A program made the position numbers and the translations under genes. A DNA stretch of 58,233 bases, counting the filler, from Porpidia crustulata (taxonomy: Eukaryota), in the NCBI GenBank assembly GCA_964255105.1. It is 4 parts of 4 records of this genome, joined end to end, with 100 filler letters (N's around TTAATTAATTAA, not from the genome) between each part and the next. Parts side by side here need not be neighbours in the genome. Positions count along the whole stretch, not along the records: positions 43,764 to 58,233 come from CAXUWE010000376.1; 3 more parts are not named here. The stretch is one strand, 5' to 3'. Of the stretch, positions 47,264 through 58,233 are shown one piece after another. The notes below the pieces were generated by a model. The model was not told where the DNA came from, made no database searches, and saw only the letters and a program-made list of their open reading frames with translations. Each line of letters opens with the position of its first letter. Position 1 is the stretch's first letter.

Positions 47264-49324
47264 CCTGGCAAATTCGCGATCCCAACAATGGCCTCTAATG
47301 GCTATACTGGTATGTAGAGCGTGATAAACAAGATTGTTTTGATAAATCGATGTTGCGACAACGAGCTTGGTGCTGTCAGTCTTGCACAGAAGAGGACTGT
47401 TGTGCGTAGTTTGTAGAGCGGTTGTCGATGGTGAAGGTTAGATCTGGAGCACCACCGTTGATGTGTTGAAAGCAATCAATGGGATTACAAAACTGAAGCT
47501 ATGTGGGACCGGCGTTAGAACCAATCAAGTAGAGTACATCTGGGTCGTGCTAAAGCAAGATGCCAAATCTAGGTGATGTGAATAAGTGTAAATGAAGATA
47601 CTGACCTGGAGAGGCTTAAGTTTCTTTCAACAACCAACAGTAAATGAACGGTGAGCGCGTGTTGATAGAGTGTTATGATGTATGTCTTTGTCTAGTCAGA
47701 GACCGGCAGCCCAGTATTTATATTCGATGTCTTCTTGATGAGTTGACGACGTCTGATATGGCAAGTGAAGCGGCGCCAGGCAATTCCAGCTTCGAGCACT
47801 TTCAGATTTTCTCTTCGAAGTCAATGATTCCTCAAATTGTCTCAATGGAAGATTTCTTTCCGACAGCGGTAGATGCCCTATGTTATTCAATGATTTCGAC
47901 AACTTTTCACCAGCGATTTCCTTGCTATACTATCAGAGTAATGCTGCTTGGAGGGCAAGTTCGGTACAAGCCGAAAAGGAATGTTGTCAGGTAAGCTGTA
48001 AGGAACGACGAATGCTATCTCAACTGTCTAGCAGTGGGATGAGAGAGTAAAGAACGTAAAAGGTGTCAAGCACCTAAGAAATGAAGTGAATGAAATTGAC
48101 TGAACAGTGAAGAGAAATCACAAAGGGACGATAACCAGGGGCGGGGAAGCTCATTATTGTGAGAGTTGACACAACAATGAAGGACCACTGCCCAACGGCC
48201 AACTGCGTCAAAGGAGCCAATCACAAATGTCATCTACTTGAATCAGCGGGTCCTTGTTGGTGAGACGCCGGAAGACAAAGGCAAGGATAACTGGCCAATC
48301 TGGGAAACTTAGGGTGGCTATCATGGCAAGGTCCCCCAACACAGTACCTTTCCCTTTCACGTTTAGTCAACAATTACCTGTCAAGTTAGACCTAAAGAAG
48401 CACATCATCTTCATCATTATTGTCGTTATCAGTCACTGATTCGCTATGTTTACCGCCTCGGTGGTCGATGGCGGAGGTTTTTGACCGTGGACGAAACAGT
48501 CAATTGGTGGGGAATATCCTGAAACGCTAGTCTCGTGACACTCCTCGGGTCGGATGGCGGCAAGAGATTAGAATGAGGATACTCTAGTATAAGGCTGAGC
48601 AGATAGGGGGGAAATAAACCATCACAGATCACAATCGATAAGCGGATCATTTCCGTTCCATCTTAATCCGGTAATTGTCATTCGTGCAAGCTTCCTTTGT
48701 CTGACGTAGCGGAGTCATCTCGGCCTTTGTCACTGTACTGGGAGAGGAACAAAGGGTACAACAACCTGAGGGTCCACTGACAGTGTTGTCCTCTCAGCTC
48801 GGCTTGACGATCGTTTGATGCTGCGTTTGTGGAGCAAGGTGCATGGAACCCCGTCTGTCTTGATGGGGGTATCGCTTCTGGATGAGTGAGCTGGGATCAC
48901 TCTTTGCAATCAACGTTCAAGCGAGTTGTATCAGTTGTGGAGCAACGCCAGGGCGGGTATATATACATGTAGGTGAATTGTACAGGACCAGATGGATGCC
49001 TCGAAGCTATGCAAGTTTCGGTACTAAGCGACACTTCCAATTATACTACTTTGATGACTGTAACAAGCAGATCGGTCCCATGATGCAAGATATCCCAGTG
49101 AGAAACCATATGAAACAAGATTTTCCAGAAAAAACACCTGCCTAGTTCGCCCATGCTGCGCTTTGTATGTTCCTTTGTCTGGACAGAGATTCATCGTTGA
49201 ATACGACATATGAAATGACTACGACATGGCCGCTGTTCCACCTTTCTTGCGTATGCCAACAATAGCAGGACTAATATCCAGCATGTAGATTGAGCAAGAT
49301 TGGGGTACGCAGACAATAGAATTG

Positions 49325-51131
49325 TCAAGCACAGGCTGCCGTCCGAGGTAGTCGGCATTCCTCATTCTCGCTATGCTCTCCTGGCTTTGCACGACATATG
49401 GATTCTCCCTCCAATCTAGGGATTATGGGCAGTATGCCCGATTGGACCAGAGTGGGAGAAAGCTTCAGATACGAGCACGTCAAGAGCTTGCGCTCGCTGC
49501 AATGTCTGCACTTGACCTCGACGGCGTGGAGCTTCCACGAGTGATTTTCTTGATCTTGGCGAGCCTTGTTCTCGATCCTTGTCGGCAGCCCCTCAACATC
49601 ACTCTCTGTCTTTATGGACGCTGGCGTCTGCCGCCGTTTTCGCGACAGCACAAATTTATCTGTCCTGCTTGATTCTCGCTCTGTACCTTGTCTGACACTG
49701 ACCGGGGTATCAGTAGAATTCCGGCGTTTGAAGGCAAAAGTACGCAGTTTTTCGAAAGAACCGTTTGGGGAAGATTTGCCGGAATATAACGACGGGTCCT
49801 CCTCGATCATCACTGATGATGGGGTACGCGCCTGGAGTTCGTAAGAAGGTGTTTCCAATCGATTATGCTGACTGCGAAATCTACAGCAAGCATCAGTACA
49901 TGAAATAAGTACTGAGAAATAGATACAAGTAACGAGCAAATAGACCACCTCTTACGGAAAAGAGAAATCATGACCTATACCGTACAAATCTTTAAAACAT
50001 GGACGGAGGTTTTGCGACTTGAAATAATCTCGCAATGGACAAAAAGCTCTTTCACTCAACCGAGATCCTTCTGAAGCGTCAAGAAAGCACTCACGCTGTT
50101 GTAAAACGACACTCCCTTCCAAATTTATCACATTGCACACACTTTGGGTCCCCAGGATCACACTTGATCTTCTTTTCTCGACAAGTCGTACATGCAATGG
50201 CAAGACGTTTCCTAGGCTTGCCCGCCTTTGTGATACCCCATTGTGCATTGACCTCTTCCCCATCAATCACCTTCTTGCAGATGGTACCATCCTCATAAAC
50301 CCAACAGAGGCCTTCTCCAGGTATATCTTGCTCCCCAATTACACGTGCTCGCAGCCTGACATTAGACACTACATCTTGACGTGTTTGATCGAACCCTGTC
50401 AGAGGAGGTGATGAAAAATCATAGCTGACTTGTTGCGCAGGTTGAAACTGAACAGGAATGCTGGATGAGATGATTAAGGGAGGGTGAGGAGCAAATTGCT
50501 GAGAGCCTCGAGATGGCCCCGGGTAGGTAGGGTAGTGTGCTGCGGATACTTCTTGTCGGGAGTTGTATGATGGTTGATATTGTGCGGGATGCGCATGAGC
50601 AGGAAACCCAAGGTTCCTCGGTTCTAGGATATCGCTTTGCTGTGCTGGAAAAGGTACGTGGGCATAAACATTGTTATTAGAGTATGTTGTCGTTAAGTGT
50701 AAAGGTCTTTCAGTAATGGGGTTTCGATGCGATGAAAGATGGTTATGCTGAGCCTCTGGAATATCCGGACTATGTTGTGGCGAAAAAGGCGAATTGGGAA
50801 CGCTCGACTGCGATCCAGGTGTCAGCAGTTGACTGACTGACGGAAGTTGCTCATGGTATGTCCGTCTTGGGTGCTCTTCGTAGGCGATTTTCTGCTGATC
50901 GTACGAGGTTCTGGGGTGGCTCATCGTGTTGTATCTGACAGGCTCAGTGAACCCCGGGCTTAGGTCAGTCCCAAACTGCAGTCTCGACGGCATGGTGGGG
51001 GGAGGAAGTTGATATGTTGTCATCTTCGATTGAGATTCTAAGTTGCTCTCTTCCTGGCCCAGTTCCAAGGCCTCGTTATCTTCAAGTATAGGCAGATACC
51101 TACCGAAGGGTCCAATATAGCTTCGTGACAT
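49325..51131 (-). CDS. Zn(II)2Cys6 transcription factor (predicted exons 51131 or 51023 to 50095, and 49880-49325)
   Basis: QWGITKAGKPRKRLAIACTTCREKKIKCDPGDPKCVQCDKFGRECRF; LPSVSQLL; intron 49881-50094 (GTGAGT..ACTGAT..TAG) is phase-compatible. Start codon and last exon are less certain. Confidence 0.82.
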
Positions 51132-54100
51132 GAAAATTTCCCAACCGCAACGCGTCGAGGCGTTCAATATGTCAGGATCCGTCAAGGGAAATCAGCATAT
51201 GGCGTTTATTCATCGATCAGAACAGTCGAATAATTTTCTGAAGCGTGCGGACGTTATAGGGCTTTTATCGTCATTCGACAATGAGACTTCGTTGACTTGG
51301 ATTTGCGAGATATTAAGGAGCTCAGTCGCTTTTGTCAAGATCAGCCTTGTACACAATCGGGTCTTGGCTTCACCAGAAGCTAAGATGAAGAATCGAGGAA
51401 TTTGAGTATTTAGGAGTGATGAGAATGCGCAATCCATCGCCCCTGGCTACAATCATTCGAATGAATATGGTGTGAAAAGCAACGACCCAATCCGTTACAA
51501 CAGAGACTAGATAACACCAACGGCATTCGCCAAGTCAAGAGTGATTATTGTGCGTAGTTGATTGGAAGCATGGTGCCAATTGGAAGGGAAATCTCTGTAC
51601 TAGTACGTACACGAGGTATCGCCATGAACGAACGCACTCACCCAATGCAATTTATGCAGCTAACTCACTTATCCAGCCAGGTGGTTGCAGGGCGTTCCAA
51701 GCCTATGGTATCGGAGATAGCACCCACACAGCCTTGCAACCAAATCATGAATTCTTCATAAGAGAGAAATTATTGAGCGTGTAGGACTTGGCTCACCATC
51801 AGCCAACTGGTGTTGAGCTGAAGGAGCCCATTCGGGGCTCCGGAGCCTTGTAAACGAACTGGTCGATCATCAACAAATATTTGCTCAACAATAATAATAA
51901 TGACAATAATGATACTATTGATCTGAACGTGTTTCGACTTTGGGAGAGGACGATCCGGCAATAATGATATATCGGCACGAGTATCCTTTTTACACTTGTA
52001 GGCTGCTACAGGGATTGCGAGGTTGGTGGTGTGTGGGGTAAAAATTGTCGATTATCGATTTTCCGGGCGGGCTAGGCTAGGCTTGCCCTCGCACACCAGA
52101 CATCTGTGATGGGCGGGTAAGGCACCTAAGAGATGTTCCAAGGCTGGACGATACTAATGAGCCAGCCTAAATAGATATACAGATGTAGACTTGTAGATCA
52201 AAAGGCGAGGCGTGGTTTCGAGTTAAATAGACCTTACGCCAGTTGTAGATGCTCTCTTATTCCACAAACGGAGTGTCGGGGATTGAGATGCCTTGTCGAT
52301 CAGTGCGGAACAGCCGGCCTGTTTGAGTCTGTATGGTCGTGCATGTTTCGCCCATGATATCCGTCGTGAATCGGTGCTGAGAACAATTTGCCAAGGGCAG
52401 GATGTTGGTGCGGATCAAAGGAACAAGATAGACAGGCTGCTCCAATTTCGACGCATGCTGCTTGCATCAAGGCAATTGACAGTAAAATTATGTCATTGAG
52501 ATCCATGTTTCCTGCGTACCTACCAGCTCAAGGACTAGGATGTCTCTTCGAAAGGATCAAACGTAGATCTCATGTCGGTAATTGAGCTGGATGAGTGGCA
52601 CGTTGTGACTCGAGACATCTAGCCAAACGATGATTCCGGCTGAATCAGTGAAGTTCGAAGATTGCGGCACACCAACATCCAACAGAATTGCCGCCGGGAT
52701 ACGAAAAGGCAGGCTGGTTGTCTCAATGCCATGAAGATTTGACGGGCGCGCCTGTACAGCTGCATCGCAATGCTCCGACCCGACAATTTCCAGGGAACAG
52801 TGGAAGTCCATACCTAGTTGGATAGAAGGACCTGGTTACCGTATAGCGTTATGCATGCCCTAGTTTCTTGATCCACCAGCGAGCACACAAGTAAGTCTGG
52901 CGTTGGAGTTTGACGCAACCTCACAACAGGGACGTCAGGCGGAACCGGATGAACGTGACGGATGCAATCACTCTTTGGTAAGTCGAAACCAGGGTCATCT
53001 CCACATCGTGTTGCCTTTCGCATTGGGACATTAGGACGTTGGGACATACAGGTTGAAAGATGCCACGCGGCACAAGCTTCACAAACGGCCTGACCAGACG
53101 CACCTGTGAGTTGAGGTCTAGACGGCGGAGGACTTAGGCTCAACAATAAATGCCTCTCCACTCTTCTTCAGCTGTGGAAGTGGCACTCATGCAGCTTATT
53201 GAGTCTTGGCTTGTTCTGGACGATAGGGCGTATGGGCGTATCCCGCCTGGAAATTTCGCTAAGGTACGGTATCTGATGCCTGGAATGGGGGAGAGGTGTG
53301 CCTCCGTCAATAATGCGAATCAGTAGAATGGTCAGTAACCACCATTGGTAATTGTTGTTATTATTACTACTATTATCATGATTATAGTTGCAATTAGGTT
53401 ACGTTTTCCAAACCCCCCGATGATGCTTATCCGACAACCGAACTCCGTGGCGTGGATAGTGGCGTGAGTGGATACTCAAGGTGGATGTGGGCAATGGAAA
53501 AGAAGAATCATGGGCATGAGTACTCTAGTAGTGCCGTAGTATGTGGTATCGTACTCATATCGTTGTAAATTTGACTTTTTGGCCCTGTCAGGAGAGTCAT
53601 GCACCATCCATGCCAATTCTATACCCTGAAGATACGCGAGAATCCTCCAATCTTCGAACACTCCATCTGTTCTGCCACTCATCATCGCTAGGTCTGCGGT
53701 CAATCTTCGATGACTTTCGACTTGATCAGCGTAATTGGATTTGATGGTTCGGACGCTGTTTCCGATGCCTGTTGATGATTTAGGTAATTTGACATGACTC
53801 GAGTCGGGAACGTGGGATGATGATGTGCAAATCGCGGAATTGAACATCTTTTCTAGTCATCAACGGCCTTTTCTGGTCCCGGACTGAACTGAGTACAAGA
53901 TCGGCACTCATCAAGGCAGCTGGCTACAAGTCCCGACCATGATCAACAACTGCCGCCGATATCGTTTGGTTTGATACTCCCGTACTACATACGGCACATC
54001 TCTAATTATCTTGCAATGTGGCCTGTGAACCCAGAGATTGACATGAGATACGCTCCAGAGGTGCGCCAGTACTGACATTTCGAATTTGGCGTGCGAAGGA

Positions 54101-57100
54101 ATTGCGACATCAATCGAAGATCACTGAAAGAGGTCAAAGGTGGAGCGGTTATTGCAAAGACCTCGTGGTTTTCTTTCAAGTTCGTCGACCAATCAAAGTA
54201 CTCAGGTGCCTTGAACTATCCATCAACAACCACTCAACGCGCGAGACATGTACGCCATCATTGTTGGAATCTAAGATGGGGGGACTTCTAATCCATGCTT
54301 CGCAACGCAACCCGACAGGTCATTCCACGACCTCCCCTGGCAACCCCACAGCCGCTTAAGCCGTTGATTGGGGGCTCGCGCAAGACCGTGGAGGCTCGCA
54401 GGACCGTTGGAAGTCAAATGCGGATGAAAGTCAATTGCGGAGAAGCCAGACCTCGGCCGTCGACAACTGGCTTCGTGTTGATCTATCCTATACACTTCAG
54501 ATGAAAGCTGATCCTTTTTTTCCCTCCTAAGCCATCGTTCTGCCGGGCAATGTGTCGTTTTACAATTCTGCAAAGCCGTATGCTAGATCGCCAGTCACGG
54601 TAATCAAGCCTGCATATTGTACGGCATGACGGCAAGCCAAGGGTGCATAGTGTAAGAGCTGGATAAGTTGGACCGTCTCATTCAGGATGGTGCAAGCGCT
54701 CTGTGCAGCCTTTCTGAAACCAGCAGTGATTCCTTGAAAAGTACAGTGTTTTCCTCAATGTTGCTCCGTAATGCTAGAGTGGCACTTGTATACGAGTAGA
54801 ACAAGTCTCAAATGTACCTTATCCACATACATACTAAGAATGCGCTACAAGACTTATGAGTCTGACTTTTCGTATATCTCGATCAATCAGCATCTCGGAA
54901 CCCACCAAGTCCGGGGTAGATTCATGGATATCGGATTGTCTGCCACGTCCATATCAACCTCTTAGTATGGAGATCTTGAACATGGAATCATTACCATCAC
55001 CTAGCCAAGGTACCCCACAAGCAATGTGTCCTGATATCACCCTAGGCCACCACAAGGCTTATCTAAACAGCAGATCACCGAGATGGTCCATGGATCTACC
55101 ATCACCCCCATACCAGCTTCGCTATGACGAGAAGTAAGAGGTAGGAATTGTGCAAATGCGATAGACTAAGGGTACTACCACAAACTCACTACAAAGCCGA
55201 GGGAAACAGCCAGGTGCCCATTCTGTTTAGAGATTTTGGGGCTGGATGTAGCCTGTGCACAACGAAGCAGAATAATAATTCATCAGGACTTCGCTGTCTG
55301 CCCCCAGAAGCCAGTGGCCCCTTCTAATTCTGCTGACACTGCATGTTCATGACATCTCGACTCTTCGACCTGCTAGCAATCAGATTTCGATGTCGCTCTC
55401 TGGAAATGCCGAAACATGCAACCTCTTCGACGGTTCCTTCGAGGTGTGCAGCCAGTGGCAACAAAAAGGACACAATAGTGGCTGGCAGGGCACACGGGAT
55501 TGAGTTATCTGGCCAACCATACCGTATCGTGACCCACCTCCGGAGTGACGCTGGCTCTCGTATGACCCCCAGGTTATCCCACCATTTGCGTTTCACGTGG
55601 GCACCGCCATTTGTATCCAACGGCAGAGAGCACTGCGGCAGTTCTCCAAATTCCTCATCCTTTCAACGGCTTCTCATGTCAATCTGAAACCCTAATTTCA
55701 ACCTTATCCTTGCCTCTCTATCTTTTGTCTAGTTTAGGCCTATTGCACAACAGCCCGGGTCTTGCCGAGTGGCAGCGATGTCCATGGTCACGGCTACGAA
55801 CAGGATCCACGTTCTGGTGCAGCTCAGCACCTCATGCACCATAGCAATCCGGCCAATCTCGGGGCTCATGGGGCCTGCTTAGACGTGCATGAATATTGGG
55901 GGTCTTGATGCATATTGACATGAAAAGGCTCGGTGGAGCATTCGTGGGTGGGAAGCATGCAGCAACATAAGTACATGGGTGCAGTATTCCTTGATTTGTC
56001 AACGCAATACGCTTCACGATTGGTTCGATGTCAACTAGACGTGCAGGCACCACAGCCTTGGTGCGCTTTCCAGGTTCTCTGCACTTCTTTTGCGCATGAA
56101 CTCCTACCACTTGACTCACCGCTTCCAACTTGATGGATCATAGACATCAGGAAGGGTTAGATTGATGAAAGAAATGGGTGCACACTTCGATAGAAGCCCA
56201 CGGATTGCCGTACCAGAGGTTGACTCTCAAACCTGTTTGAGAAAGTGTATGCTGGATAACACAAGGATTCTATGTTTGGGGTGAAGACCAATTGGACGAC
56301 TGACATTCTCGCTCAAGACCTACACTTGTGGAAGGCCTTGGGGTATTCGATCGTCCACATTCATTTCGTATTGAAGATCCTCATCGTTGATGCCTTGTGA
56401 GTAGCATCTGGCCATTCAGCAGACACCTAGACGCACATGTCTAAATCGACAGTGACCACCTGGAACAAACAGAATACTCGCGCTTTTCCAATCGAATCTG
56501 CGCCACAAGTACGCAGAGGTATCGAGTACCACTTTCTTAATAGCAGAGAACATTCAAGTGGACTATTCAGCCAGATCTTCCTGATGCTTCCCAGTAAATC
56601 TCATGGTTTGGAGCAGGCCTGCTATTACTTCTGCTCATTGTCAAGGCACGGTAATACTGGTGACGATTCTTGACTTCCGGTGGGACAGAAAGATCAAGAC
56701 CAAGTTGGCAAAAACGCTTTTCACCCAAAGAATCAATAAAAGAGGATACTCAGTAACAGAAGTAGACGGACCAAACTCAAGAACAACAGCAAGAAGACTC
56801 TTGCGTTGGCTTGAGCTCGTTCCGGAGCTTTCCTGTCAGGCAAGCGTACAAGTACATGTACACCCGACCCGTATTCGCAGCGCAAGTATTCGATGCCGGT
56901 CCTCCATGGTCACCTCACATGGGATCTCATCCATGTTAGCACTTTCTACATTGGCAACCTCGAGCCGATCAATATGAAATTCAATTGACTACTCCTTTGT
57001 AAGATCTATTCACCCCGATACCTTTCGCAAGAGGCTCTGGGAATAAATAGGACCAGATGAACAAGTTTTGTCTAGAGGAATCAATACCCTGCGGCTGCGC

Positions 57101-57159
57101 ACATCTGGGCTATTTGGTTAAGAACCGTCACAGGCTGACATGCTAAATGGGAAAGTGAA

Positions 57160-58233
57160 TCACTCCTTCATCCTTAGCTTTTTTCTTGCTGGCTCGTCTG
57201 AGTCTTCTTCTTCTGAACCCACTACTTCTTCGTCACCGGAGTCGAAAGCATCAGCCTCCTGTCCTTGGACTTGGAACCTATTAGCAAATGTGACGGACTG
57301 GAGGAATCGAAGACCTACTATAATACTTGATTGCGCCAGGGTAGAGATCGTCGCTCAACGCAATCGCCAAGTCCTCTCCTCTAGAAAATATCTCATAGCT
57401 AAGCTCTCCAGTATCACGATCTTCGTCATCGGTCGCAATTGTCTTTTCAATTGCTGACCTCAGATCCAATTCCTCCTTCTTCTCTACATCGTCCTCCTGA
57501 GGACCTTTCGATTTCTTCACTTTCTCCGCCTCCATCGCCTCCTGCGATTCCTCTGCGCTAACATTCCTTCCACGATACCCAAACCATGCAAAGATGCTGA
57601 CAGCATCCATTGGCAGACTTTCCATTCGCTCGACCAGTTCGTGCTGGCGCTGAGGTTTCATCACGCCTTGCTTCTCTTCTTGCCAGACTTGGACAGCCAA
57701 ATCGAGTAATCCATCCGTTAGATCCTTGCCCTCCTTCCAGTGTATTCTCGTCGGCTCACTGACCAGACCCATCCACCCATCTTTGCTCCTTCGGTGCCAA
57801 AACCTTTTCTCTAAGACTTCGTCCTCAAACCAGTCATTCTTATCAAAGGTGAAGGTGAATTTGACACTTCGTGGCTCGCCTTCGTCAGGAGTCTTGACTT
57901 CGAAACGAGTAACAAGAAGTGCTCTCAAGGCACCAAGAGCTGCCGTGTCTCGAGGCTGGATGCGACCATCAATGTCTTCAGGAGCTTCTTCCAGGACCAA
58001 TGCCCAGAAGTGGGGAATTTTGGAGATGGCGGCAGCGCGATCGTCGTAGATTTGTTTAGATGCAAGGTAATTCTGCCGCACTGTGACCCGCAAGCTTGTT
58101 ATCAGCTTCAGCCACAGCCTTGAGGTACCGGATGTTCGAATTGATGGCTCAGTATGTTGAAACTCACAGCTCTCAATTTCTGCAGCCTCAAGGCGCTCCT
58201 CTATTTCTGCCAATTCCTCGAACATATCAGGCG
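57160..58233 (-). CDS. NAP/SET/Vps75-family histone chaperone, probably 5'-truncated (introns 58081-58167, 57270-57318)
   Basis: IYDDRAAAISKIPHFWALVLE; EPRSVKFTFTFDKNDWFEDEVLEKRFW; GLVSEPTRIHWKEGKDLT; SIFAWFGY; GEDLAIALSDDLYPGAIKYY; acidic tail ending PARKKLRMKE. Confidence 0.88.

Noticed and set aside
51200..57100. Many 60-125 aa ORFs and short AAT/ATT-type microsatellite-like runs
   Set aside because: No recognisable domains or consistent exon chains; treated as intergenic or regulatory DNA.

Overview
Eukaryotic DNA from a filamentous ascomycete (Pezizomycotina-type genes, mostly 45-125 nt GT..AG introns with CTRAY branch sites). The window is not one locus. It is four contigs of steadily decreasing length (14505, 14481, 14477 and 14470 bp) joined by identical artificial 100-nt linkers (N44-TTAATTAATTAA-N44), so gene neighbourhoods across the linkers mean nothing. 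Contig 1: a cryptic multi-exon PAM2-motif gene, XLF/Nej1 divergent from cactin, and a forkhead transcription factor. Contig 2: Rab GGTase beta (BET2), a zinc-finger hypothetical protein, MSH3, and a double-F-box protein whose C-terminal coding end and 3' flank are tandemly duplicated. Contig 3: a GT34 glycosyltransferase, a conserved hypothetical protein, a peroxisomal HSDL2-like SDR, a large secreted non-catalytic protein with 2 WSC and at least 10 hevein/CBM18 domains, a small CBS-like protein, and a partial BAH protein. Contig 4: a partial sulfotransferase-like gene, a secreted DUF1996 protein, a Zn2Cys6 transcription factor and a NAP/SET-family histone chaperone. I recognised no tRNA, rRNA, CRISPR or intact transposon. 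The leading novelty candidate is the WSC + poly-hevein protein: all ten repeats carry the same altered binding site, and a frame-symmetric exon holds possible Kex2 sites. Gene models and family calls were made by eye; no searches were run.
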